Origin: a virus
Lineage: Duplodnaviria > Caudoviricetes
Direction: 5' to 3' (one strand)
DNA: 64,000 nt
IMG/VR virus record: IMGVR_UViG_3300037512_000559
Span: 3,253 to 67,252 of that record
A program made the translations under genes and the position numbers. A model generated the notes under the pieces. The model ran no database searches. It was not told the origin of the DNA and saw only the letters and a program-made list of their open reading frames with translations. Of this stretch, positions 8,640-17,227 are shown in pieces (the stretch's first letter is position 1; every line of letters begins with the position of its first letter).

Positions 8640-9176
8640 ATGGCTAATTTCGACACATACGCAAAGAGGCTGCGCAAGTGGGAGGGGACGACCTACGCGG
8701 AAGTCCCCTTCGACAAGGGCGGGCCGACAAACTCCGGCGTTACCCTCGCCACCTTCCAACAGTTCTTCGGCGCAGACAAGACGAAGGAGGACTTGAAGAA
8801 GATGACGCAGGAACAATGGCGCACCGTTATGAAGGGTGGCTTTTGGGATAAATGCAAGGGGGATTCGATTAGAAACCAGTCCGTAGCGGAGATATTCGTG
8901 GACTGGTGCATCAATGCCGGAATCGGCAAAATAAAGAACGTGCAGAAAATCCTCCGCGTGGATGCGGATGGTATCGTAGGCCCGAAAACCCTTGCGGCAC
9001 TCAATTCGTGCAACCAGAAGGTTCTCCACTACCGCATCAAACGTGCGCGTCTGGAGCATTACTTCTCCTGTGTTGACGGAAGCCGAGAGGTGGATATTTA
9101 TTCGAGCAACCCTACGGGCAACCTCTCGTTCATTGACGGGTGGATTAACCGCACGGCTGACTTCCAGTACAAATGA
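8640..9176 (+). CDS. Endolysin, glycoside hydrolase family 108-like
   Basis: WEG...DKGGPTNSGVTLAT, FVDWCINAG, DGIVGPKTL and GW.NR motifs. Confidence 0.85.
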   Translation: MANFDTYAKRLRKWEGTTYAEVPFDKGGPTNSGVTLATFQQFFGADKTKEDLKKMTQEQWRTVMKGGFWDKCKGDSIRNQSVAEIFVDWCINAGIGKIKNVQKILRVDADGIVGPKTLAALNSCNQKVLHYRIKRARLEHYFSCVDGSREVDIYSSNPTGNLSFIDGWINRTADFQYK

Positions 9177-9673
9177 ACGACCTAAAGACCATACTCTGCA
9201 TCATAGGAATCGCGGCTGCGCTTGTGGCCGCATTCCTATTTGGGCGTAAGACGGTAAAAAACGCCCCTATAATCGAAGAAAGGGTAGATACGCTAATAGT
9301 TTATCGTACAGACACGATAACGCGAGAAAAACCAGTTTATGTGGCGAAAAAGGTGGTAGATACCCTGTTCGTCCCGATTCGTGATACCGTGAGCCTCCGC
9401 GATACGGTCTATATGGCTCTTGAGCGCGAGCAGAAGGTCTATGAGGATTCCTTGTACCGCGCTTGGGTATCGGGTGTTTATCCGTCCCTCGATTCCATTT
9501 CCATCTACCAGACCACGAAGATTGTTGAGGTCACGAAAACGATAGAGCGAAAGCCGAAGCGATGGGGGCTGGGCGTTACCGTCGGCTACGGCGCGACCCT
9601 ATCAAAAGAGCGAACCGTGAACCTTGAGCCGTTCATAGGCGTAGGGGTCAGTTACAACATCCTATCGTGGTAA
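9173..9673 (+). CDS. Spanin-like lysis protein
   Basis: N-terminal TM segment, DT-rich stalk, KRWGLGV.VGYG beta C-terminus; follows the endolysin. Confidence 0.6.
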   Translation: MNDLKTILCIIGIAAALVAAFLFGRKTVKNAPIIEERVDTLIVYRTDTITREKPVYVAKKVVDTLFVPIRDTVSLRDTVYMALEREQKVYEDSLYRAWVSGVYPSLDSISIYQTTKIVEVTKTIERKPKRWGLGVTVGYGATLSKERTVNLEPFIGVGVSYNILSW

Positions 9674-9678
9674 AAGAA

Positions 9679-9709
9679 AAGGGGAGCAACCATAACGGCT
9701 ACTCCCCTT
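9679..9709. terminator. Stem-loop between convergent late and early operons
   Basis: AAGGGGAG...CTCCCCTT inverted repeat. Confidence 0.6.
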
Positions 9710-9713
9710 AACA

Positions 9714-10154
9714 TTATCTCGCACTTGGACTAATGAGCCAATACGCGCCATCGCGCTTCTCTCGTCCGATTTGAACCGTCACGCCTTTCTTCTTCCCGAA
9801 TATGGATGTGACTTGCCGCGTAAGTCCCGCCGCCGCGAAACTTAACCCAGCCCGTTTGCCGCGAACTTTGAAACCAAGCTCATCGCTCGTTTTCTTGAAT
9901 CCGATTACTGACGGGTCTCGCGTGTCTTGCAGGGCAACAACCCTGTCGCCCTCCTTTAGTTCCATAAGGATACAGGCACGGAGCGAGAAATAGACCACTC
10001 CGTTGTTGCAGTCGAACCGAACCGTCGGACAACCCCTGTCTGGTAGTTTCGCGGGGTAGGTCTTGCGGTCAATGACCCTATACTCTCTTTCCATACTACT
10101 CTTGCTTTTTGAAATATCCGATTCCGCCACCCATTTCTCCGCGATAGATGTCAA
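9714..10154 (-). CDS. Hypothetical protein
   Basis: ORF track; last gene of the leftward operon; start uncertain. Confidence 0.5.
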   Translation of the reverse strand: MTSIAEKWVAESDISKSKSSMEREYRVIDRKTYPAKLPDRGCPTVRFDCNNGVVYFSLRACILMELKEGDRVVALQDTRDPSVIGFKKTSDELGFKVRGKRAGLSFAAAGLTRQVTSIFGKKKGVTVQIGREKRDGAYWLISPSAR

Positions 10155-10259
10155 ACCTATCGTTCTGGATAACGATAATCGTATGCGGGTCGTAGTTTGC
10201 GTTTAGCCATTCAATTACGGGCGAAATCAATGTCGCCGCATCAACTATCTCCTGTTTGC

Positions 10260-10694
10260 TCATAGCCGAATCTTCAAGTCTATGTGTTCAAGGTTGAGTA
10301 AGTGTTGCAATTCGTGTACGAATTGGATATTGAATTTTTCGATGCCGAATTTCCCAGACCTAACCCACTCAAAAACCTTGAAACGCCTCCCACTTGCGTA
10401 CACGGCCCAGATTTGCAACCCTTGCGGAGCTGGGCCTTCTCTCTTGAATCCGCTTTTTTCCAGAATATCTTTCGTGAGCGGAATCGGGAAGCAAGTGTCC
10501 GATGGGCGCGATGCAAAAACCTCCTTACCATCCTTCCCTGCGAACGTACACTCTACGGTCGCATCGTCCTCCGAATATGTTTCGGTGATTATCGACCAGA
10601 TTTTCGCCGGAAACAAATCCTTTTCTTGTGGCGCGTTGTTGGGGAAAACATAGATGTTCACCAAGTCCCCAACCATCAAATCTTTTGCTCTCAT
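10260..10694 (-). CDS. Hypothetical phage protein (YopX-like)
   Basis: DLMVGDLV...PIPLT.DILEK.GF...QFVHELQHLL pattern common in Bacteroidales phages. Confidence 0.55.
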   Translation of the reverse strand: MRAKDLMVGDLVNIYVFPNNAPQEKDLFPAKIWSIITETYSEDDATVECTFAGKDGKEVFASRPSDTCFPIPLTKDILEKSGFKREGPAPQGLQIWAVYASGRRFKVFEWVRSGKFGIEKFNIQFVHELQHLLNLEHIDLKIRL

Positions 10695-10930
10695 AACATT
10701 TCCCTTAACTTAAATTCCATACCCTTGAATCCGTGTTGGGTGTCCCAGATTTTCATTCTGCGACACTCACCGTTGCAGCCGAGCGACAGGTGGCAAGCAC
10801 CGCCACCAATGTTCGTCCATCCGCTCCGTTTATAGCAATTTCCCGAATATCCGAGATTCTTACACGCAAGGCGATGTTGGAATCTTTCAATCGGCTCTTG
10901 AATCGGTTTTGGCTTTTCTGCTTTCTTCAT
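10691..10930 (-). CDS. Hypothetical Cys-rich protein
   Basis: ORF track; overlapping stop/start coupling. Confidence 0.45.
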   Translation of the reverse strand: MKKAEKPKPIQEPIERFQHRLACKNLGYSGNCYKRSGWTNIGGGACHLSLGCNGECRRMKIWDTQHGFKGMEFKLREML

Positions 10931-11288
10931 CTTTTAACTGTAAAAATCGTTCAAACGACATTATGTTCACATTCCCGGAATCCACCCAGAGTTTGGCGAG
11001 TTCGATGTATTCCTTTTCGGCTTTTCCGTACCCATCCACGAACGCCTTTCGGTACAAACCGATGTGTTGCGAATTACCGCCGAAGCCATCATCGGGACAG
11101 GCTTTCTTTGCGGATTCCTCGGCTTTGCTTGCGCTATAACTCGCGTTTCCGACCTCGATTACATTCGGGCAGTTCTCACACTTGTGCCATACTCCGTAGA
11201 GCATACAACCGCCCCAAACCTCCTCTCGACCGTCAAGAGTTGTGGCAACCGAAATCGGTCGGTCTTTGAGTGTGCAATACTTACTCAT
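10887..11288 (-). CDS. Hypothetical protein
   Basis: ORF track; operon packing. Confidence 0.45.
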   Translation of the reverse strand: MSKYCTLKDRPISVATTLDGREEVWGGCMLYGVWHKCENCPNVIEVGNASYSASKAEESAKKACPDDGFGGNSQHIGLYRKAFVDGYGKAEKEYIELAKLWVDSGNVNIMSFERFLQLKDEESRKAKTDSRAD

Positions 11289-11415
11289 ATTTGGTTATTC
11301 TATCGGTTTAATCGCGATAACGGGTGGGGTCGCCTAATCATCTCCTATGTACTTAAGTAGTGCGAGTCCCAATAAAACAAGGTCTCCTATTACCAGAGAT
11401 TGAAATACAATGTTG

Positions 11416-12117
11416 TTAATCATTCGCGCGTTCAAGATTAAGTAGTTCTCTAACTGGAATAAACATATCGTGGTACACAAAACACGGGACGGGGCCAAAG
11501 CCGTAATCAACTACGATGTAGTGGATTCCGTCACTAAAGTGGCAGGGTGTATATCTCCACATCGGAAGTGACATCTTGGCGATTCGTTTTCCACGTTCTT
11601 CCGCAATCTCAATCTCCTTGTCGAAATCCTCCCGTGTGAAGGTTGCGGTTTCACTATTCTTATATTTCGCTTCGGTTTCCGCGATGCCATCCGCTTTTCC
11701 TTTTTCATAAATATCCGCATCCCTTTGTCCGAGAAAGACATCGCTTTTTAGAATCTCGTTCGTTAAAAGCTCCCTCGCAAGGTCGAGAAGTTTCTTGGCG
11801 CACTCCTTTCGGAACGGAATCATTTGCTCAAAGGATACATCGTTCTCAAACTTGCAACACATCTCCTCAATCGCCTTCTCGAAATCTAACATATCCGGCT
11901 CCTTATCTGCAAATAATAGTTCGCATCCGCCATCATACGACTTTCCATCCTTTGTAAACCAAGCGGAATCGGTTGTGTCGCCATCCCATATAACGGCGAG
12001 AATAGGTGTTGTACCCATACCCTCCGTAAACACAATCTTGGCTTGCTCTCCGTGTGATGTAACTAACTTTTGGCTCTTATCCGAAAGCCAACCTTCAAGG
12101 TTAAATTTCTTCTTCAT
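11416..12117 (-). CDS. Hypothetical phage protein
   Basis: 233-aa ORF with an N-terminal K.FNLE...KLVT..G..A.IV motif. Confidence 0.55.
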   Translation of the reverse strand: MKKKFNLEGWLSDKSQKLVTSHGEQAKIVFTEGMGTTPILAVIWDGDTTDSAWFTKDGKSYDGGCELLFADKEPDMLDFEKAIEEMCCKFENDVSFEQMIPFRKECAKKLLDLARELLTNEILKSDVFLGQRDADIYEKGKADGIAETEAKYKNSETATFTREDFDKEIEIAEERGKRIAKMSLPMWRYTPCHFSDGIHYIVVDYGFGPVPCFVYHDMFIPVRELLNLERAND

Positions 12118-12201
12118 TTTTGTGCGATTTCCCCCTTATGGATAACCATTATCTCATCTTTTATAATCGGCATAATAATTCCCATAACATCGAAACCTTC
12201 G

Positions 12202-12480
12202 CTATGCGTTTTTAATTTGTTCAAGAGCTGCATCCATACCGTGTAGAAGCATTCTCGCAACATCCTCGGACTCTCGCATAATATGACCGAGGGCGTTGAT
12301 AATGTGATGCCTTACATCGTCAATGCTATTTTCGCTAACCCACGAAACTCCGACATCATCCTTATGGATAAGCACGATGCCTTTGTATCCGTTTGATGCG
12401 AGCCAAGACATAAATTCGTTCAGCTTCTTTGTGTCGCTTTCAGACGGCGCGTAACCGTCTTGGTGTTTCATTTCTTCCAT
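12202..12480 (-). CDS. Hypothetical protein
   Basis: ORF track. Confidence 0.5.
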   Translation of the reverse strand: MEEMKHQDGYAPSESDTKKLNEFMSWLASNGYKGIVLIHKDDVGVSWVSENSIDDVRHHIINALGHIMRESEDVARMLLHGMDAALEQIKNA

Positions 12481-12613
12481 ATCAAAACAATGTTAGTTGC
12501 GCTTATCTTCCTTGATTTTGTCAGCGAGGTAGGCGATTGCCTTTGCAACGTTTGTTAATCCGTCATCAATAAAAATCCCAGCAATCACTATTGCTATTCC
12601 GAGCCAAGTCATA

Positions 12614-12832
12614 TTATTCCTCCTTGAGAATTAACCTCATCATCCTACGGACAATAAGAATTGGGAACATTATAGGCCAAAAGCAACCAGCGAATACGGA
12701 GTAATCAATATCTCCGCAACCCTCATCAATATCGTGATAACACCATAGTGAGCAGAGAATCCAGAGGATAAGGTGTGCAACTACGAAAATCAAAATCCAA
12801 TACCAGGTCATATTATTCCTTGCTATTATCAA
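12614..12832 (-). CDS. Small membrane protein
   Basis: Two hydrophobic segments with a FWP motif. Confidence 0.5.
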   Translation of the reverse strand: MIIARNNMTWYWILIFVVAHLILWILCSLWCYHDIDEGCGDIDYSVFAGCFWPIMFPILIVRRMMRLILKEE

Positions 12833-13212
12833 ATATCAATGTGTTCGCCCGTCCACTCATAGCCACTTCTCGGATAGGTTGATGTGTTCGCAATACCTCC
12901 GTCCTTTTTAATCGGGGAAAACTCATACTTGTACGATACGGTGGTTTCGCCCTTGAACTCGAACACGGACGGAATAATCCGCGTCACTACGGCTTTGTGT
13001 TCCCTGTCCGGCAACGCCTCTAACTTGGGATGCCAAGTGCTTCCAACATTCTTTCTTCTGTTGGTTTCCACCCACCTGACGACATCTCCGACCTTGTGCG
13101 GGGCACACTCGGACAGGCACTCAAGGGCCTTATTTGCGGCAATTCTTTCCCTATTTGCCACACTCGTGTGTTCGGTGTACTTTCTCACCAAGTATTCTTC
13201 TTTGCTTGTCAT
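12829..13212 (-). CDS. Hypothetical protein
   Basis: ORF track; ATGA-type coupling. Confidence 0.5.
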   Translation of the reverse strand: MTSKEEYLVRKYTEHTSVANRERIAANKALECLSECAPHKVGDVVRWVETNRRKNVGSTWHPKLEALPDREHKAVVTRIIPSVFEFKGETTVSYKYEFSPIKKDGGIANTSTYPRSGYEWTGEHIDI

Positions 13213-13237
13213 AGTTCAAATAGTTTTGGCGCATCCT

Positions 13238-13609
13238 TCATTGCTTCAAAAAATCATATATCCACGCCTCAAGTTTTTCGTAGTCCTCAAAATAGACATC
13301 AAGTGCTTCTTGGGACAACTTTCCGAGGAACGTGTTGTTTCCCATATTCCTCATCACAAGCCGCTTGATTTCACCCATATTGCGCTTGACCTCAAACTTG
13401 AGTTTTTTCTTTTCGCGCAGAATCGCCTGTATGTCGTCCATAAGGTTGTTCTGGACGCAAGCGAGCATCTGTACGCCTACCAGCTTCCGGCGGATTATAT
13501 CAGCCGTTTCCTCGTCGAAACCGCAAACGAGCGTTCCGAGTGCCACCTCTCTCGTTTCAGTTGCCATATTGGTCGCGCAATTGAAGGTACGACAAGACAC
13601 CAAAAGCAA
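13238..13609 (-). CDS. Hypothetical helical protein
   Basis: ORF track; start uncertain. Confidence 0.45.
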   Translation of the reverse strand: MLLVSCRTFNCATNMATETREVALGTLVCGFDEETADIIRRKLVGVQMLACVQNNLMDDIQAILREKKKLKFEVKRNMGEIKRLVMRNMGNNTFLGKLSQEALDVYFEDYEKLEAWIYDFLKQ

Positions 13610-13784
13610 TGGATATTACACCATATACACACCCCGTGATAATCCTGTATTGACCTATTTCCATCCCGGAGTTAAATGCCATCAAAACGGCGCAGATTGC
13701 ATTGACTACAATGTGTCTGTTGTTACGCTTCCGTCCATCCATAATGCGGATTGTGAGATGGTCGTTATTTCTTTGATTCGGCAT
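13557..13784 (-). CDS. Small membrane protein
   Basis: Two hydrophobic segments. Confidence 0.4.
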   Translation of the reverse strand: MPNQRNNDHLTIRIMDGRKRNNRHIVVNAICAVLMAFNSGMEIGQYRIITGCVYGVISIAFGVLSYLQLRDQYGN

Positions 13785-14181
13785 AGAACGGAATTATATT
13801 AACTTCCAAAGAAAAAACCTTGCGGCCATCATCCTTCTCCGTTACACGAACACGGTCTCCAAAGAACTTCATAACCGCATATCCAAGTTTGATAGCGAGG
13901 GCCTTGTAGATTCTGTGTTCGTCCTCATTGCCATCGTCAACAACATAGTTCGCCCAGATTTTCTTGGACGAAGCAAAGTCTGTGGTCGAGGTGCGAAGCT
14001 GCTTCTCCCACAAGTCGAGGTCTCGCTGCTTGCGCATTAGCCCACCATAGATAGTGTCGAGGTCGGTCTTTCTCTGCTCCGCCTCAACAATCATTCGTGC
14101 GCCCTTGACCCAGATAATAATGCCGATTGCTATTACCACAACGGCAAACGACAAGGCGCAAATTAGTAGTGTTAGTTTCAT
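13765..14181 (-). CDS. Membrane-anchored hypothetical protein
   Basis: N-terminal TM segment followed by coiled coil. Confidence 0.5.
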   Translation of the reverse strand: MKLTLLICALSFAVVVIAIGIIIWVKGARMIVEAEQRKTDLDTIYGGLMRKQRDLDLWEKQLRTSTTDFASSKKIWANYVVDDGNEDEHRIYKALAIKLGYAVMKFFGDRVRVTEKDDGRKVFSLEVNIIPFYAESKK

Positions 14182-14372
14182 TATTCGGTTATTACATTAA
14201 CGGTGATTCTTTCCTTCTGGTTGAAGCCGATAGCCCTACGATGCCTTATTTCAATGCACTCTATCCGAAGTCCCGTTGCGTATTCCCATTCCTCAACAAT
14301 CTCTGCGACATAAGACTCCAATTGGCGCGTGAGCGATTCTGGCTCCTTCTCAACTTTCTTCCTCTTTGTCAT
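14181..14372 (-). CDS. Hypothetical protein
   Basis: ORF track; coupled. Confidence 0.45.
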   Translation of the reverse strand: MTKRKKVEKEPESLTRQLESYVAEIVEEWEYATGLRIECIEIRHRRAIGFNQKERITVNVITE

Positions 14373-14611
14373 ATTTTCTCATACGGATGCGGGTATCGCC
14401 AAGCAAATACATCCCCGCACGGCTTTCCGTTCACAATCCAATTGCTACCATCCCATTCAGCACGGACGCAAACGGCGAAGCCGTGGGAGAGTATCGCCCA
14501 GACGGGTCGCCCAGCATCGGGTTTGTATTTCTCTGCGCTATTCCACATTAAAACGGGTGCATTATTCTTCGGAAGTCCTCGCCATCCGGCACGGGGCAAT
14601 CTTTTATCCAT
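14369..14611 (-). CDS. DUF551-like small protein (start probably near 14551)
   Basis: WNSAEKYKPD...VFAWRYP pattern. Confidence 0.4.
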   Translation of the reverse strand: MDKRLPRAGWRGLPKNNAPVLMWNSAEKYKPDAGRPVWAILSHGFAVCVRAEWDGSNWIVNGKPCGDVFAWRYPHPYEKI

Positions 14612-15096
14612 TGCATCCTCTTAACCTTCCAGTCTGGGAAATCCGTTTCCGCATCCAGCAAGACATCCTCGACTTCCGGGAAGATGTTGAGGCGTAGCGA
14701 GCGGAGCGCGTGAACTGGAAGCAGTTTTGCGAACGTGCTAATCTTGTAGGCTTCTCTGGCAAATAGCTTTGCCGCAGCCCTGTCGTGCGGGGTATAGCAG
14801 ATTCCGCTCAAATACTGGAGAATAGGCCCGTAGATGTCCGGCGTGGGGAGGATTGATGTGTAGAGATAGATTGTCGGTGCGTTCCCCGTATATATCCGTC
14901 CCTCGTTGATGTATTGCAACAAACAAAACAGCCTCTCCGGGTATAACAACGGTTCCCCTCCCGTAATGTTGATTTCCTCATACCGCATAATGTTGTCAAC
15001 GACGGGAATCTCCGAAATGTTGAACCTATTGTTGCAGCAGAGCGGACAATTATTGTTGCACTTTCCCGTAACGAGTAATCTTAACTTCTTATTCAT
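14548..15096 (-). CDS. Radical SAM protein
   Basis: CNNNCPLC (CxxxCxxC) and ITGGEPLL motifs. Confidence 0.85.
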   Translation of the reverse strand: MNKKLRLLVTGKCNNNCPLCCNNRFNISEIPVVDNIMRYEEINITGGEPLLYPERLFCLLQYINEGRIYTGNAPTIYLYTSILPTPDIYGPILQYLSGICYTPHDRAAAKLFAREAYKISTFAKLLPVHALRSLRLNIFPEVEDVLLDAETDFPDWKVKRMQWIKDCPVPDGEDFRRIMHPF

Positions 15097-15427
15097 TGCC
15101 TTCTTTCGCTACAATCTGTCGCATCTGAGCCGCGCTATTGATTTCTGGGTGTTCCTCCAGAACCTTGATGAACGCATCGCGTCCGAGATTCTTGTAGATT
15201 GACTTGAACTCCTCACGGATAAGGTCGGCTGGCTCGCCCGGCTCTATCGCCTTGTCTCGCCCGGCGCGTACCGCCTCTGCGGAACACTCAAATAGGTCGC
15301 GCCCCTTCTTGTCAACGATGATGTACTTGCATCCGTTGAAGTTGATACTCCCGTAGAACCTCGCAATTGAAAGCTGACTACTCCGCCACGCCTCCTCCGT
15401 TAACAGGATTGGTTTCTTTTCTTCCAT
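15089..15427 (-). CDS. Hypothetical protein
   Basis: ORF track; coupled. Confidence 0.5.
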   Translation of the reverse strand: MEEKKPILLTEEAWRSSQLSIARFYGSINFNGCKYIIVDKKGRDLFECSAEAVRAGRDKAIEPGEPADLIREEFKSIYKNLGRDAFIKVLEEHPEINSAAQMRQIVAKEGNE

Positions 15428-15590
15428 CGTGCTTCATTTGTTTAACATACTCGTCTGCGAATGTCATCGCGCAGAACAAATAGTCTCTTGGTGTTTGACA
15501 GGCTTTGCCTTTGTAAGAGAATTGGTTTCCGCTACCAACCATAGAGGCAAGGATTCGCAGAACCGCGATTCGATAAAGTCGTTTTCTCAT
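15378..15590 (-). CDS. Hypothetical protein
   Basis: ORF track. Confidence 0.4.
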   Translation of the reverse strand: MRKRLYRIAVLRILASMVGSGNQFSYKGKACQTPRDYLFCAMTFADEYVKQMKHDGRKETNPVNGGGVAE

Positions 15591-15600
15591 AGTTATTCAA

Positions 15601-15825
15601 TCAAAAATCTACTTTCTCCCATTCGGATTCCATTATCTCGTACCCGCAATGTTCGCAAGTATGAGCGTATGTAAAAAACGGTACGGTGTGTACCACTACC
15701 GCGCCCTGTACCGTTCCGCACTTAGGGCATCTAATCAACTCTCCGTGTGTTTCATTCATACGGCCTTTATTTATTTCTCCCAAGCCACCAATCGCAAAAC
15801 CACATCGCCAGATAGCAGCCGACAT
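15601..15825 (-). CDS. Zinc-ribbon protein
   Basis: CPKCG and CEHCG; real start probably the internal ATG (MNETHG). Confidence 0.5.
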   Translation of the reverse strand: MSAAIWRCGFAIGGLGEINKGRMNETHGELIRCPKCGTVQGAVVVHTVPFFTYAHTCEHCGYEIMESEWEKVDF

Positions 15826-16030
15826 AGTTGGTTGAGGCTTGCACTAAAATGGCTACCCATAAATCCGTTTCGGCGATGAACTTTATCACGATAGCGGAGA
15901 ATGTGTAGCAGATACAATTTGCGAGAGAGGCAATCGCCTTACTCGCCTTAATAACAAGTATGCTTCTAACAATGTGTAGAAACACGTTGAGAAGCGATAT
16001 GATGATGTAAATGGCAATCATAAGTTCCAA
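15767..16030 (-). CDS. Small membrane protein (DUF5698/UPF0316-like)
   Basis: NV.L..VRSILVIK...ASL.N...Y.F hydrophobic pattern. Confidence 0.45.
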   Translation of the reverse strand: MELMIAIYIIISLLNVFLHIVRSILVIKASKAIASLANCICYTFSAIVIKFIAETDLWVAILVQASTNYVGCYLAMWFCDWWLGRNK

Positions 16031-16325
16031 TCGAAGTCATCACAGGCATCCAGATACGCGAAGATTATCTGCTTATAGTTTGGGTCGCCATCGTGCTTCC
16101 TGCATCGGTTGTTCTGACCGTCGTGATACTTGCAGGAACCGCAACATTTCTTGCTCATTTTTCACCTCCTTTTGCAGTATTCGGGTTATCGGCGGAGGGG
16201 CGCTTGTTTCACCGCCAACCCGAAACTATTTACTATCCGATACGCGCCCTAAAGAAATACCTTGCTTCAAGCAAGTTCGTTATACCCCGTATTTACTACG
16301 GTCGTGTTGAGATTGGCAAAGCCAA

Positions 16326-16352
16326 CCGCCGCCCCTTAAAATGGTGCGGCGG
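16326..16352 (-). promoter_or_regulatory. DGR target-recognition hairpin downstream of VR2
   Basis: Minus strand CCGCCGC-ACCATTTTAAGGG-GCGGCGG, 18 nt after the end of TR homology, as for VR1. Confidence 0.8.
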
Positions 16353-16363
16353 AGTTAAAGGCT

Positions 16364-16924
16364 CTAACTTAATTCTTTGGCGGGCCGCACCGAGAAACCG
16401 TAAGCACGGTTGAAGTTGTACAGCGGGCGAACGTAGCCGGAACTGAAGCCCAAGCTCCGGGCGAAGGTCTGCGAGCTCGGAGCGAACGACTTAGATTTGG
16501 GCAGATACGGCATCCGAGACCAATAGTTGCCCTCATAACCAATGTTCTTCGGAGTGTCACCACCAACAGGAACGTAGCCGAGAGCGGGGAAGAAGATGGA
16601 TTTTCCGTTAGGCCCGGTCACTTCAAGCCCTTTCTTATCACCATTCCATTCCACTTGGCAGTTCTCAATCAATTCCACGAAGGCAGAGGGCATCGGGAGG
16701 TATTCGCCGAACTTCTCAACGGCTTCGTCAAACTTGAAATAACCCTCCACGTTCTCTTTCGCCCAGAGGCGACCAGATGGCAATCCGAGGTCAACCCACA
16801 CAACATCGTCCGGGTCGAACGCGGGGTTTTTCACTTCTTCGCCGAAGATTCTAACAAGCACTTCGCGTACAGCCCTTCCAGCCTCGCGGTACTCCTTTTT
16901 TGCAGAAAGCAGTTCTTTGTTCAT
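16364..16924 (-). CDS. DGR target protein 2 (remote, probably non-structural)
   Basis: WVDLGLPSGRLWAKENV and GPNGKSIFFPA motifs; the C-terminal ~40 codons match TR. Confidence 0.9.
   Translation of the reverse strand: MNKELLSAKKEYREAGRAVREVLVRIFGEEVKNPAFDPDDVVWVDLGLPSGRLWAKENVEGYFKFDEAVEKFGEYLPMPSAFVELIENCQVEWNGDKKGLEVTGPNGKSIFFPALGYVPVGGDTPKNIGYEGNYWSRMPYLPKSKSFAPSSQTFARSLGFSSGYVRPLYNFNRAYGFSVRPAKELS
16371..16490 (-). repeat. DGR variable repeat VR2
   Basis: 120-nt ungapped match to TR 5439-5558; 14 mismatches, all at TR adenines. Confidence 0.95.
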
Positions 16925-16929
16925 AGTCG

Positions 16930-17226
16930 TTAATTGCGTTTATTGATGTTTCTTTTTGATTCTTCGATTCTCGCTTTCAGGCGAGCGAGTTTACGGTTGA
17001 ACTCCGCAGAAACCTCATCTTCGCCAAAGATTATGGCAAGCTGGGTTGCGGTTATGAGTATGTCGGCAATCTCAGTCCGAACCTCATCCATCGTGGCGCG
17101 TCCACGGCGGAAGTGTTCAAGTGCCACAATCAGCTCTGCGGCTTCTTCCTCCGCGATTCTCGCTTGCGGCTCAATGCCCCATACCTCGATTGCGTCCTTA
17201 CAGATATTTCTAATTTCTTCTTTCAT
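16930..17226 (-). CDS. MazG-like nucleotide pyrophosphohydrolase
   Basis: AEEEAAELI...EIADILI (EEXXE...EXXD) motif; ATG at 17226. Confidence 0.75.
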   Translation of the reverse strand: MKEEIRNICKDAIEVWGIEPQARIAEEEAAELIVALEHFRRGRATMDEVRTEIADILITATQLAIIFGEDEVSAEFNRKLARLKARIEESKRNINKRN

Positions 17227-17227
17227 A

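Noticed and set aside
14548-15096. 7-deazaguanine (QueE) DNA-modification pathway
   Set aside because: Only a lone radical SAM gene; no folE, queD, queC or dpdA-like genes were recognised.
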